Positions 26,511 through 39,151 of a stretch of 64,000 nt of DNA are shown one piece after another. A program made the position numbers and the translations under genes. The notes beneath the pieces are model-generated. The model made no database searches. It was not told the origin of the DNA and saw nothing but the letters and a program-made list of their open reading frames with translations. Position 1 is the first letter of the stretch. Every line of letters starts with the position of its first letter. Source of the stretch: Octopus sinensis (Eukaryota); contig NC_043012.1 in the NCBI RefSeq assembly GCF_006345805.1, positions 37,262,001-37,326,000 of the forward strand, in the 5' to 3' direction.

Positions 26511-27509
26511 TTATTGTTTATTATTTTTTTGGTAGGCAGGGGGTCAAGATTTTTACTGCTATGTCTTGCCTGTCACCAAACATAATGTTGTGGACTAGCT
26601 ACATGTTATTGTGCTGCCACATGAGAATTTGTCCATGATGGAACCAAAGGGTTTCCTTCTGCCCTGTATCAAATACACACACACACACACACACACAATG
26701 AGCTTCTTTCAGTTTTTGTCGACTAAATTCACTCACAAGGCTTTGGTTGGCCTGAGGCTATAGCAGAAGACACTTTCCCAAGATGTAATGAAGAGGGACT
26801 GAACCTGGAACCAAGTGTTTCGGAAGCAAGCTTCTTAACACACAGCCCCACACCTGCACCTCAGACTGTTGTTGTCTTTTTAAAAACCATGACTCAACAA
26901 TGACCTCTTCCATTGTTAATTCATCATACATCATTGTACTTATAACAATAATGCTGTTTCATGTTGTACCGATTTTTTAGCATGAAGAATTTTTTTTTTA
27001 TTGCTGTGGCTTTGGTCATATCGGTTCGTTGCTGCTGCCTTGAAGTGGACCTCTAGAACTAAGTGATCTTTTCAAATGCTTGTGAGTGATCCGTCTCACA
27101 AAATATACCATATTCTAGTCTGACATTGTGTCATGCTGTTCACTCTCATCCGACTATGTTTCATTATATAACATCCCATAAGCTTTATGCTTTAAAACCC
27201 CTTTTTCCTTTGAATATGAGCTGTTGAAATTAGGGATGCATCTCATATAGTGGTTCTCGACCAGGGTCCATATAAAATTTTGTTGTTAAAATTTGTGCAA
27301 TGAATTAAACTTCCACAAAACACAAAATAGTTTAACAATTTCTTTTCTATAACATTTAATTATAAAACAACGAAAGGACTTTTTAAACATGGCTCCAAGG
27401 GTCCACCTGAGTAAAACAGGAATCAGAAGGGGTCCATAGGTAAGAAATGGGTGAGAAACTTGGGTCTAATATATCCGTGTATCCTCCATGCCATTAAATG
27501 CAATCATCA

Positions 27510-27850
27510 TTATCGACGTCGTTTAACATCCACTTTCCATGCCGGCATGGGTCGGACGGTTTGTAAGGAGCCAGCCAGGTAGGAGCCTGCACCAGACTCC
27601 TGTGTCTGTTTTGGCAGGGTTTTTATGATTGGACGCCCTTCCTAATGCCAACCACCCAGCAGAGCAGACTGAGTGCTTTTTACTTGGCACAGGCAAAATC
27701 AGTTTTGGCAAGGTTTTTACAGTTTCACAATGGATGCTTTTTACACAGCATCAGCACTGACAGGGGCAGCAAGTAATTTGCAAAGACAAAGATCCTTTGA
27801 GAGGGGAGGGGGGCATTGGAGGAGGGGATCTTGGGTCTTTCATGATGTCT
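27510..27850 (-). mobile_element. SINE family C
   Basis: Family homology. Confidence 0.8.
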
Positions 27851-28429
27851 TTCGTTTTCATTTAAGTGTAATGTGGCTTCCTACACTGGAGATAGAAAAA
27901 AAAACACTTAGAAACTATGAATGTTCTTAATATACACACGTTCATTCGTGTGTGTGTGTGTGGTGAGGAGTTATTGTCTGATGTAAGAACATCTACAGTT
28001 TTTGTCACAGCATCTCCCTTCGATGCTGTAACGTGGGTAACAACATTTGTGATGTACTTTCTATGACTCATTGTTGCAGACCATTATTTTTACATCTGGA
28101 TTAATGCATTATCTATTTTATCAGTGAACTGAAAGTACAGGAAGTGTTGATGCACCAATCGTCTGCCAGGAATACCTGCAGCCACAGTCTAGTTAACATC
28201 CAAAGTATTGGATTACACCTTACGCAGCCTTTCAGCATCTTATATCACATATCTATCCCGCTACTTTACTTTGAATTATCCTCTACAAACATTGAGCTAC
28301 CATCGTCTTTCAAATATAAATAATTCTTTTTACATACATACATACACACACACATACATACGTACGTACGTACATACATACATGCACACACACACACACA
28401 CATACATACATACATATATATCATGAACT

Positions 28430-28700
28430 AACTGTTACTTTCTCAGATGCAGCACAAAGTTTTGTCAGTGAACAGGTCGTGGTCTCAAGGCGGCGAAAAT
28501 ATCTTTACAAATTAAATTTAAATGTTGAAGTGAATCTAATGGTTTTTGTGTGTTTCTTAAATGGCTTACAAACACCTTCCATGCTGCAATTGTTTTCGTT
28601 CCAGCACACGATCTCAGATCAAGTCACTTGCTATGCAAGTACATCTCTGTAAATCTTTTTACCTATATGTCTCTGTTGTCGGCTGCCATGTTGACAATTA
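28430..28700 (+). mobile_element. Dispersed repeat fragment, single-arm relative of the 60844-61121 foldback
   Basis: Shares 'cagtgaacaggtcg...ttaaatgttgaagtgaatc...cttaaatggctta...caccttcca.gctgcaatt'. Confidence 0.7.
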
Positions 28701-29165
28701 TCGTCCTGTCTCTGGCTGCAGTATCATCATAATGTCTGACTCCCTAAATTTATAACTAACTTCTCATGGTACAAATTTTATTAGCATTTGAACAGGTTTT
28801 TTCTTTCTGTTACTTTCTTGTTGATATTCTTCGTTCAGTTTATTTCATGGAAGTGAGCAGCTCTTTCAGGATCAACCAAATATGTGTGATTACTAATTCC
28901 ACAAACTGTATTTAGCATCTTGATGATATCCTTGACGTTTTAAGGACTTTTCCCTCTAAATATCCTGTTGTATTTGCTCATAGCAGGATATAGTCTCTGA
29001 AAACCAATGAAAAGATCTAGAACAATGAGCCCATTTTTAAACGGCTTTCATTCTCATTCAAAACTGGTTTTTTTCCTGTTGCTTTGTTGTTTGTTTGCTT
29101 ATGATCCATGTGTCCTATTATCACTCCTTCGTCTATTTTTCTGGCTTCCCTCATTAGTCACAGCT

Positions 29166-29391
29166 TTAAGCCTTTTTGACACCAACCTGTCTGTTTCTCA
29201 GCCTATGTTACAAATTTCCACTTCTAAAGTGGTCTAAATCAAGACCATCCATCAAAGCCTCTTCTCCATTTATGTTCCAAACAACAGCTTAATAATGACA
29301 AAATTGTTTTTACTAAATTCTTCATTATTTTCAAAACTACTTGAAACAAAGTCAGTGGATTTCAACAGAATTATGGTAACAAAAGGGTTAA
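29166..29391. mobile_element. piggyBac-type MITE
   Basis: ttaagccttt...aaagggttaa; homologous to the 41139 and 41374 copies. Confidence 0.75.
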
Positions 29392-30034
29392 AGTGATCAA
29401 AATTAAAATCTTCCATCAAAATTTCTTGATAATTTATGTTCCAAACACCATTTTCATAATGACAAAGTTATTTTACTAAATTCTTTGTTATTTTCAAAAT
29501 AAATTAAAACAAAAGCAGTATTATTATGTCTTTGATTCAATCAGTGTCTTGTTTCCATATTGGCATGGGTTGTATAGTTTGACAGAGTCTGACAAGGTGG
29601 AGGATTCTGTCATACGCCAATGTCTTCTTTCGCAAGGTTTCTATCGCTGGATGCCCTTCCTAATGCCAACCACTTTACTGGGTGTTTTTCTTGTGGCACC
29701 AGCACTAATGATGATTGCTTCATAACTTGCAAAGTTAAGGCTCTTAAGTAGCCCCTTTAGCCAAGGGAGAATAGAAGAGTGAGTGGGCATTGATCTTAGG
29801 TGGAGGGACAAAGGAAATTGTAAGAGGGGAAGGAAGCTGTGGGAGTATGGCAGGGGACAAGGTAGTGGGAAGGGAATAGTAACAGGTTTGAGTAGTTTAA
29901 CAGAAATATGGTAATGAAAGGGTTAATTTGATGGGTTATTATTAATTGCACCAACCCCTAGTAGTTACTTCAGTTTGATACTTATTTTACTGGTCCCTCT
30001 TTATGGGGTTGCTAAGTTACCTTTTGATTTAAAG

Positions 30035-30406
30035 CAAAGGTTCTCAACGGGGACCATTTGGAGCTCAAGTGGGGTATTTGAGAGCAAAGGGGATCTCTTG
30101 TACAAAAGAGCACCCTTTCAATAGACAACATGTTGATCTCATAAGTGACGCGTGGTGCAAATAAACACAATTACCAAACTTTAAATTCATTATTTCGTTT
30201 TTTTTTTCATTTCAATTTCTACATCTGTACTCCCGATTGCATACAAGTGCATATGTAAAACGATGTCCTTTATTTTTTAATCATTATCTACTGATATCAA
30301 AATAAGTAGTATATTGAAAAATTAAAATATTTTCTAAGGGAGGGGACCGTTTGTGACTCCAAGGGTCAAACGGGAGCCTTTGGACAAAATGGGTTGAGAA
30401 CCTTTG
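30035..30406. mobile_element. hAT MITE with perfect 14-bp TIRs and an 8-bp TSD
   Basis: TIR caaaggttctcaac / gttgagaacctttg; TSD atttaaag at 30027-30034 and 30407-30414. Confidence 0.92.
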
Positions 30407-31935
30407 ATTTAAAGGGATGCAAGTTGGCATGGTGTTTTTATATGGGTATACTCAGACACACAAATGTATTTTCTTTTTGTCCAGAGGGAAGGCAGTGTCC
30501 ATGTTGTTCTTCTGGGCCTCCAAGACTAGTTAAGGAGAATGGTAATAACAGGTGCAGAAGTATACTTAAAACAGAGTGGTGTCCTCTGAAGACACCTGAG
30601 GTCCCAGGTGCTGGGTGTTAAACTGGGTGATAGATCTGCCACCCAAGTAGGCTATGATGAGATTTGAACTCAGAAATCAAAGAGCTGGAACAAATGCTGT
30701 AAGGTCTCTGAACCAGTCTACCGCGTCAGGTTGGTGTTTCTTTTTTGTCAATTCCACTAGGATGAAAAGCTGTCCACCTTGGCAACATTTGAACTCAGAG
30801 CACTTAACTGGAAGAATTTCCACCAGGCCTTTTATAATCCTGTGCTGTAATGCCACTGCCAAAATAGAAGCTTCCATATAGTTTACATCTACCAAATTCC
30901 ACCCACAATGCTATTGATCATCTTAAGGTTCTTGCAGTAGACACTTGACCTAAGCGTCATTCTAATCAGATTGAACCTGGAACCATGTGGTTCTGAATTG
31001 TGCAGTGAACTTAACCACATAGCCAAACCTATTTCGCAACATTTTGAAGCAATTTCTTTCTTTTTTTTTTTTTCTTAATATCTCGATTTAATACTTGAGA
31101 TATGATGAATCTGAAACCATTTCTTATCACTCTCCACCTGGTTTATGTTTGTTTACTGTATTTTCCACCATATAAGTCAGTTTACATATTTCTTTGGCAT
31201 TCTCTTTTTTTTTTTTATAATTGTCATTTTACTTGTAACGACACCTTTTCTGTTTTAAAACCCGTAAAAAATTACTTTTGGGTGGTTTTGGTGATTTGGA
31301 ACGGATTAATTATATTTTAGTTAATTTCACTGGGGGAAATTCATTTGTAAAACGAGTAAACCAAATCGTAAGACGAGCTCGGTCATGGAACGGATTAAGA
31401 ATTAACCTCATACTGTGAGGTATTCCTGTATTTACAGCTGTGAACGAGTGTTTCCTTTCGTGAGAACAATGAACTATTAACACTTAAATATTTGTCACTT
31501 CCATCATTCTTTGCTCTGAATTGCTCCAACATCCTTATTGTCGGGATTTCCTCTCTCTAAGATGTCAACAACTCTTTTTATGTTTACTTCTGCTGGTGAC
31601 TCTAAAACTATTTCCATTTCATCATCTGTCTTTTACACGTTGCAGTCAATTAGCTACAGCCATGCTGGAGCACCACCTCGAAGGATTTCAGTTGAACAAA
31701 CTGAACAAAGTACTTATTTTTTTAAAGTCTGGGACTTATTCTGTTGGCCTCTTTTGCTAAATCGCGAAGTTACAGGGATGTAACCAAACCATCACCACTT
31801 GTCAAGTGGTGGTGATGGTGGCACAAACTCAATAACACACATACATACATATATGTATATATAGACAATAGGTGAAGGCTAGGAAAGCTCAGTATAGAAA
31901 TCCTCTCTCTCTATGTATATTTATATGTATATACA

Positions 31936-31981
<46 letters not shown>

Positions 31982-32520
31982 TATATATACATACAGGGTG
32001 TGATGGGTAAATTGTAACGATTCTATATTTATAATTTCGTGCATGTGCATTGTTTTTGATTTTGTCAACTACACAGTATTGTAGGGTCAGTTGGGCACCA
32101 TCTCTGAGAAAAACATCACCAGGGATTGGTGGTTGCAAAGCAAGCTACTTAACTGCACTTCCAGGTCTGTGCTTACACATTTTACGGTGTGAACAGTCAC
32201 GCTACTTCTTCCTTGTATGTTTATTTATCTTAAAACTATCATTTTCTCTTAGTTTTTTAGTGTGTTTAAATGGGAAAGCTTGGTGGTAGTGAGACTGGGG
32301 TACTGTCTGAGCGGGGTCCTTGTCTTTAATGGTATCACGAAAGACCTGATTAGAGGCCCAATCTTCTGAGTTTTTTTTTTACAGGGCTTGGCAAAATTAA
32401 AGGACCACTGTAATAAGTGTGTGAATCTGAGAGGGGAATATGTTGAATAACATCATAATTAACTGATCCTCCTGTATTTCCTTTTACCCAAAGCCAGGAA
32501 CTTTTCAGCACCCCTCATAT

Positions 32521-32915
32521 ACTGAGAATGTGTTAAGACTGTAAAGGAATGATGCAGCCTTGCTTCACTGGGTGTGTGGCATTTATGTGCATGAGCGACC
32601 GAGAGGCACAGATGTACTGAGAGGAAAACTAGGTGCCGAGTGTAAGAGGAATTGGAGGTAGAGTATGAGAGAGAGAGGATTGCATTGTTTTGGAATGGTA
32701 ATGAGTTGGGATGAGAACAGATGAGTGAAGGAGTGCCTGGAATGGAAGAGGAAGACCGAGGAAGCTATGGGAAGAAGTGGTGAGAGTTGATCTCAGAATG
32801 TTGAATCTTACAAAGGAGATGACTAAGAAATTCAACAAATGGCAACTTGTCGTGATTGAGGAGGCTCAGCTAATGTCTAGCAGCATGGGAAAAAGGATGT
32901 GAAAAGGACAAATGA
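32521..32915 (+). pseudogene. Decayed RTE-clade LINE 3' end (ORF C-terminus plus 3' UTR)
   Basis: Translates, with stops and frameshifts, to LLHWVCGIYVHER...VLRGKLG / LHCFGMVMSWDEN / GRGRPRKLWEEVVRVDLRMLNLTKEMT..KW, matching the RTE motifs LRWMC, LRWFGHV and GRPRKTW. Confidence 0.8.
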
Positions 32916-32933
32916 CAATATTGTCATTACCAG

Positions 32934-33242
32934 TGACGTCACCAACGCCATTTAATGACTGCCAACCATTGTAAACCTTTTATAGGGGGTGCAGCCGTGT
33001 ATATTTACTAATAAGTGTCTATATTTTGTTAGTCATTTTTCTAAATGTGGTACTATGAGTTTTTAAGTAGTATATTTGGTGTTCTGTTGTTTCGCCGTCA
33101 CACTTGATACTCTGAGTGTTGCGTTTAGTTGTGAGGGAAATGTTTTTTGTGAATGGGACTAACGTGACGTGTGTGTCTGTAGTCATAATTTGAACTTCTC
33201 CATCTGGAAATCTATTATGTCTATGCAGTGAGCTGTGACTCA
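32934..33242. promoter_or_regulatory. CRE/ATF plus AP-1 motif group upstream of the first coding exon
   Basis: TGACGTCA 32934-32941, ACGTGACGT 33162-33170, TGACTCA 33236-33242. Confidence 0.35.
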
Positions 33243-33461
33243 ACAATAGATAGAACTTTATGAAATAATTCAATTCATAACTTCTACAAATGACACAAAT
33301 TTTCTTTCATTTTTTTTTGTCAAAGAAACTTAACACCGATCAAGTCAAATATTAAGAAAAAAAGCGTTTTAAATCTTTTAATTTTAATGCAGCATGTCCA
33401 TAAGAGATGTTATCTTGAGACAAATACTGCAGCAACTGGACGATCAAACTGTGTATATGCA

Positions 33462-33682
33462 TTAACCCTTTAGCATTCAGATGATTCTGCCAAATGTTAG
33501 CTTCATTTATTTATATATATATAAAAAAAAAAATCTTGTATTGTCATGTAGCTTTGAGATTTCAAAGATATGATTGTTTATTATAAGAATGGCATTGCAA
33601 GGTAAGTGTGAGAGGCTGGATCTACCCTGTTTGAACATAAAACAGATAGAATATTTGGGCCAGATATGGCTGGTTTAAAGGG
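33462..33682. mobile_element. piggyBac-type MITE
   Basis: Reverse-oriented homologue of 3899-4126. Confidence 0.75.
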
Positions 33683-33997
33683 CTGCAGAACTAGCACAAT
33701 GCAATGTATAACAAGGCTGTATATTTTGAACTGCAGTTACAATTCACCTAATGAGCCATCTACCCAGTTTTAGTCACAGAGTATGGTTGAACCTGAGGCT
33801 ATAGAAAATAAATAAACTACTTCTACTACTACTACTACTACTACTGCTACTACTACTACTGCTACTACCTATCTGTAAACATATTCTTTAAACTAACTTC
33901 AGATTCCATTGGAATTTTTTGCTATTTTTTTCACTTTTTTATTTTTAAATTGTCTTTCATTATTTTTATGAATATTTCATCTTTATGAATATTTCAG

Positions 33998-34398
33998 AAT
34001 TCTACGGACTTCACATGTGATTCACCTCAGTTCCATGTTAGCATCCTATCAAGATGCCAATCTCCAAGATGTCAATGATTTCAGATTTTAGTCTAAAGAA
34101 AACTCTTCAACCAGCCACACAGAATTTTGAGAATGAAACAGTAAGCCACGGAAATGTTATCTTGAGACAGAACTCGCAAAACCAGTATGCAGGACGAGAA
34201 CTTCAGAAAACCTAAACTATTACCTTGTTTTCCTGTAATATCACCAGTATGGTTTGGTCAGGAACCCTCCCTAACAATGAGTGCTAGTTCTCCTTTAATC
34301 CCTTCCTTTCCAGCTCTTCGCTGTTGTTCCTCAATGTCCATTTCTACCACTTCTGTTCCCGTTATTAGCTTCAGCTTCCCAAACCGGACTGTCACACT
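33998..34398 (+). other. Putative 5' UTR part of the first coding exon, containing several uORFs
   Basis: Candidate acceptor tttatgaatatttcag at 33997. An alternative acceptor tcccttcctttccag at 34313 has a CTAAC branch-like motif at 34271. The true 5' boundary is unresolved. Confidence 0.5.
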
Positions 34399-34545
34399 AT
34401 GAGCGTTCTGCCACTGAAAGTTATGGACAGCGAACCTCCTGTCCAAGTCACTGACACTGACCAAAACTTAGTCACACAAGAGGTTCCATGGAAATTGATG
34501 GAACCCTATGGATTAGTAGAAATAATATCGAATCTTTTAGAGAAG
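34399..34545 (+). CDS. DUSP8/16: First coding exon of a DUSP8/16-like MAP kinase phosphatase (MSVLPLKVMD...EPYGLVEIISNLLEK)
   Basis: ATG at 34399 with an in-frame stop upstream (TAG 34366-34368). 49 codons end at AAG|GTAAGT, a phase-0 donor that joins in frame to VLIIDSRSF. The end resembles vertebrate DUSP16 'ERLVALLESGTEK-VLLIDSR'. Confidence 0.85.
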
Positions 34546-36024
34546 GTAAGTTACAACAGCTTCTCTTTTATTTTTCGTTGTTGCCCTACAAAGTAAATAT
34601 CTGGCTTTTATTTTTCTCATTCACCACATTACTGAGCAACCATTTAGCATAAAAGGGTTTTCTCTTTTTTTTTTTAAACAAGGTTAACCCTTTCATTGCC
34701 AACCCACTTAATATTCATCATCATCATCATCAGTGTTATCATATAATGTCCATGTTCCATCCTGGTATTGGCTGGATGGCTTGACAAGATCTGAAATGTC
34801 TAAGAACTGCATTGTACTTCAGCATCTTCATTGGCACGAGTTTTGCAGAGTGGACTGGGTACCTTTTTTTATGCTACCAACGCCAACGCCAATGAGATTG
34901 CCATGCAGCTTGCAAGATTGCAAAGCCTGAGGGAGGTTGCTTTATGCTTGGAGATGAGGGCAAACATATAAGAAAAGAGGTCAGAACAGAACAAGTCTCT
35001 TGGTGTAGAGGAACTAAGTTCCTACTCAGGTTTTAGAGGAGAGGGTGGGAGTGACGATCTGGTGAAGCTGCAAAGAGATAAAAATACTGGCTTTAACATC
35101 ATAGGTCAGATGAGACTTAGTTGAAGCAAAATTTTCCATGGCTGGATGTCCTTTCTGTTGCCAACCTTCATCTTAGTCTGTTGTACATTGAACAGCCTGG
35201 ATATACTTGTTGCAAATGACTTAGTCTTTCCTGTTGTTATTACCACTAAAGGTGCTCTGATGAACTTCCTCCCTGAGTGCCAGATTACCTTGTGCCACTT
35301 TGTGCCACTTTGCCTGACTAGGAAACTCGCATCCTCTTCATCCAAATGCCTTTGTGCTTCCATGAGTGAGGAAGCCTTTCTCTGGTCGTAGCTGACCGTC
35401 TTTGGAACTCTCTTCCATCTCAATGCATTTGTCCTTCTCATGTTGTTTTAAAGTCTGGTACTTATTAAATCAATCTCCTTTGCTGGACTGCTATGCTATG
35501 GGTACGTAAACAAACCAACACAGGTAGTCAAAAGGTAGAGGGACAAACACACACACACACACACACACACAGTGGGCTTCTGTATAGTTTCCATTTACCA
35601 AATTCACTCAAATGTCATTGGTTGGCCCAGAGCTATACTTAGCAGATACTTCCTCAAGGTGCTGGGAAGTGGGTTTGAACCTGAAATAATGTGGGTACAA
35701 AGCAAGTTTCTAAACCACATAGTCATGCCAGCATCATGGAAAAAACGGGGCAGTTTGTTTATCCTCATTATCCGTGTCATTAACATCTTAATTACCATCG
35801 TTTAAAATTCGTTTCTTTGACCTGACATTGATTGGTTGATGGAGTTTTAAGAGTAATTCCAATTTGCATGTTTCCATTTCAAAAAGAAAGCAGGTATTTT
35901 TTTACTTTATGAAAAATTTACATTTTCTGTTTCACATTCTATGTAATTACCATTCTCTGTGATTCCAGATCGGCTAGAAATTGAATATCAATACAGCTTC
36001 TTTCTTCATGGCTCTCTTTTACAG

Positions 36025-36135
36025 GTACTTATTATCGACAGCCGCTCATTTCTGGAGTTTAACACCTGCCATATACGTCACTCAGTCAACGTCTGTTGCT
36101 CTAAGCTGGTGAAAAGACGTTTACAGCATGATAAG
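36025..36135 (+). CDS. DUSP8/16: Second coding exon: rhodanese N-terminal half, VLIIDSRSFLEFNTCHIRHSVNVCCSKLVKRRLQHDK, with the KIM motif KRRL
   Basis: Acceptor ctctcttttacag and donor AAG|GTGAGA; 111 bp, phase 0/0. Strong match to the recalled DUSP8 'NICCSKLVKRRLQ' and DUSP16 'IDSRPFVEYNTSHI' motifs. Confidence 0.95.
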
Positions 36136-36214
36136 GTGAGATATTTCCCTCTCGTTGTTCTTCTTGTTATTATTGCTTTCTTTTAATATCAACAACTTTT
36201 GGGTTGAAAATATT

Positions 36215-36390
36215 GCGTGTATTACTACACTCATGGAGTGGTTGGTGTTAGGAAGGGCATCCGGCTGTAGAAACACTGCCAGATTAGACTGGAGCCTGGT
36301 GCAGCCACCTGGCTTCCCAGACCCTGGTCGAACTGTCCAACCCATGCTAGCATGGGAAGGGGACATTAAACGATGATGATGATGATGATG
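36215..36390 (+). mobile_element. SINE family C about 80 bp downstream of the DUSP exon 2 donor
   Basis: Family homology and (GAT)n tail. Confidence 0.85.
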
Positions 36391-36439
36391 TTTCATGTCA
36401 TAAAAATCAGTTGGCAACAAAACTAACTGGAATCAAGAC

Positions 36440-36600
36440 TGTGAGGGCACATGGTCTAGTGCATTAGCAATCAGGAGATTGAGGTTTCGATTCCCGGACT
36501 GGCTGTGTATTGTGTTCTTGAGCAAAACACTTTGTTTCATGTGACTCCAGCTCACACCACTGTTAGTAAGTTACTCCATGATGGATTGACATTCAAGGGT
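36440..36600 (+). mobile_element. SINE family D (tRNA head plus 'tgtgttcttgagcaaaacactt' domain); related copies at 19130-19245 (-), 49815-49930 (+) and 56130-56290 (+)
   Basis: A-box-like catggtctagtg, B-box-like gtttcgattcc, and a shared downstream domain. Confidence 0.65.
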
Positions 36601-37348
36601 GAGACAGCGACCCAGGAAAGTCATCCAAATGGTGGTCTTGCGAATCAGGTGTCATATTCATACAACCTATACTGTGAATTCCGACTGGTTGGGATTGGTT
36701 GTTCAACCGCATTGAAGGATGAATGAATGGAACCAAGGTATTCTTTTATGAGGTCAGCTTTGCCTTTCATCCTGTCGGGGTCAATGTAAGTACTGGGGTT
36801 GATGTATTCAAATAGCCCCTCCCTTCAAGATTTCTGGCCTTATCATCATCATCATCACCATCATTATTTTGGTGTGAGAGAGCAGTGAATGGCATCAAAG
36901 TGATGCTGTGGTACAGATATACAAATCCTAATATAGCCATCATGTCTACCCGTCTAATAAGGGTGCACCTGGCATGGGCATCACAACCATATGTGCGCAA
37001 CATGGTAACCTCATATCAAGATAAACAGCGCATGATCTTGCAAGTTGGGGTCCAGTTAGAATTTTCTTCAGGTCAAGTAGCCCATCCTGCTCAAAAGGTC
37101 TCTGAATAAGGGTTGTTAGCAGATGATGAATGAAACACTCATGTTTCCAGGATTTAATTATTCAAACCCTAAAGAATCCCCTCTCAACACATGGCTATGA
37201 TGCTCCTTCACCACTCCTTCTTAGGATCAGAAATGCACATGTCTTTGGCCAGCAAGGGACATACTCAACAACTGGTTATGGTCAAGCAAGTGACCAGCAA
37301 ATTTCTCTGGTATTGAGCAGAATATTTGCTGTAGTCCATCTTTTAAAC

Positions 37349-37614
37349 CAGTGCCTTTCGACCATTTTTTGTCTATGGACCCTTTTTGATCCCTATTCTA
37401 TTCTGCTGGACCCTCATAGCTATTTGCTGTATATATAAAAAAAAAAAACCTTACTGTATTTTTATAATTGAATATTCTTAGGAACAGTATAAAAAAAACT
37501 GTTGGAATATTTCCTGTATTGTAGAAGCATAACTAATTTATTGTGGATGAATTTTAACAATAAAACCTTATATGGACCCCCAAGGGACGCAGGGACCCTG
37601 GTTGAGAATCGATG
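37349..37614. mobile_element. hAT/Charlie-type MITE inside an older (GAT)-tailed element (36860-37800)
   Basis: cagtgcctttcgacc...ggttgagaatcgatg; homologous to the 7081 and 27248 copies. Confidence 0.65.
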
Positions 37615-37811
37615 CTTCAGACCAAGACAAAACATAAACATGATAACACTTCCAATCAGTTGAGAGCAGAAGCTATGAGACCCATTGCCTGGTGCTTTAC
37701 TACATCAGGGCATCTATCATCATCATCATCATAATCGTCATTATTGTGTGAGAGAGCAATGCATGCCATCAAAGTGACAGTGAGATACAAATATATAAAA
37801 CCCATATTATA

Positions 37812-37844
<33 letters not shown>

Positions 37845-39151
37845 TGTTGTTGTTATTTACTAACAAGACCATTTTGTCTCATTTTTACATTATAATTTAC
37901 TACAAAATTTGATGTATCACTGTCACCAATTATACAACCAACAATTACTAAAGTAATTAACAATGAAACGAGCTAAATATCAAAGCAGACTGTCATCCAA
38001 GTCGGTGTGACTCATTAATGCCGCTATACACTCACTCTATACACCCATCCCCCAACCCCCACTGCTCTCACTCTCTCTCTCTCTTTCTCAACACAACAAA
38101 CAGTCCTGTCCTCCTTCTTCTTCTTCTTCTTCTTCTTCTCCTCCTCCTCCTTCTCCCCTCTTACTAATCTATTTAATAGTGGATCTATCTCTCTGTTCTC
38201 CACCAAATTACATTGTTTATTTATTAGCATTTGTCGAGAGGCCGGCTAACTGTATGTCGCAGAATGGATGGCTTGTTTAAGCTCGGCCGATACTTATTCA
38301 TTATCTCAATGCCAAATTACAGCCTTCAATTGTTTTATTACCAGTTAACACACCTTCAAATAATCACAGTACTACTACTACTACTACTAATGATAATAAT
38401 AACAACAACAGCAATAATAATAATAATAATAATAATCTTTGCTATTGTTTAATTTTTGGTGTCGTTCAGAAGAGATGTCGTTTCGAACGTGCTTCTTTTG
38501 CTTCTGTGTTTTTGTTGTTGATCAAAAGTGCTGGCCTTGTCGTGTGGTCAAGAAGTTGGCTTTGCGACCATGTGGGTTTGAGTTCAGTCCCCCACTCTGT
38601 TGTACCTTAGGCAGGTGTCTTCCATTATAGCCTAGGGCTAACCAGTGCTCTGTGAGTGAATCCGAGAGATGGAGAAACTGTGTGGAAGCCTGCACTAGGT
38701 GCAGGTGTGTCTGTGTGGTTTCAGAACTTTCGAGTTCAATCTCACCCTGTGGCACCTGGGGCAGGTTTCTTCTTCTCTCACCCCAGGTTGACTAAAGACT
38801 TGTGGGATGATTTGGAAGAAGGAAACTAAAATAGGACTGTTGTGTGTATATATGTATGATAGTGTGTGTGTGTGCATGAGTGTGTGTGCATGTGTGTGTA
38901 TGTTTGCATTTCCTTGTCTTGTAAACACGTGATAAGTTGTAAATGAGTATCATGCACAGTGCAATTAATTTCCAGTGTTCTGTGAAAACATGTCTGGCCA
39001 TGGGAAGATTTTACATTGCTTTGAATACAGGGGAACATTGGCAGATGGAAGGGCATCCGGCCATAGAAAATCTGCATCTTAAAAAACACTGTCTAATCTA
39101 TGGGAGCAATGATGATGATGATGATAATGATGAATATATATATCATAAACA

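Noticed and set aside
34054-34402. ORFs 34054-34215 and 34187-34402 as a frameshifted N-terminal extension of DUSP
   Set aside because: This needs two compensating frameshifts, and there is no slippery site or homology. uORFs are the simpler reading, though an assembly error cannot be fully excluded.
36091-36105. Cys-Cys doublet in the rhodanese domain as a novel redox feature
   Set aside because: Vertebrate DUSP8 has the same CCSKLVKRRL motif, as I recall it.
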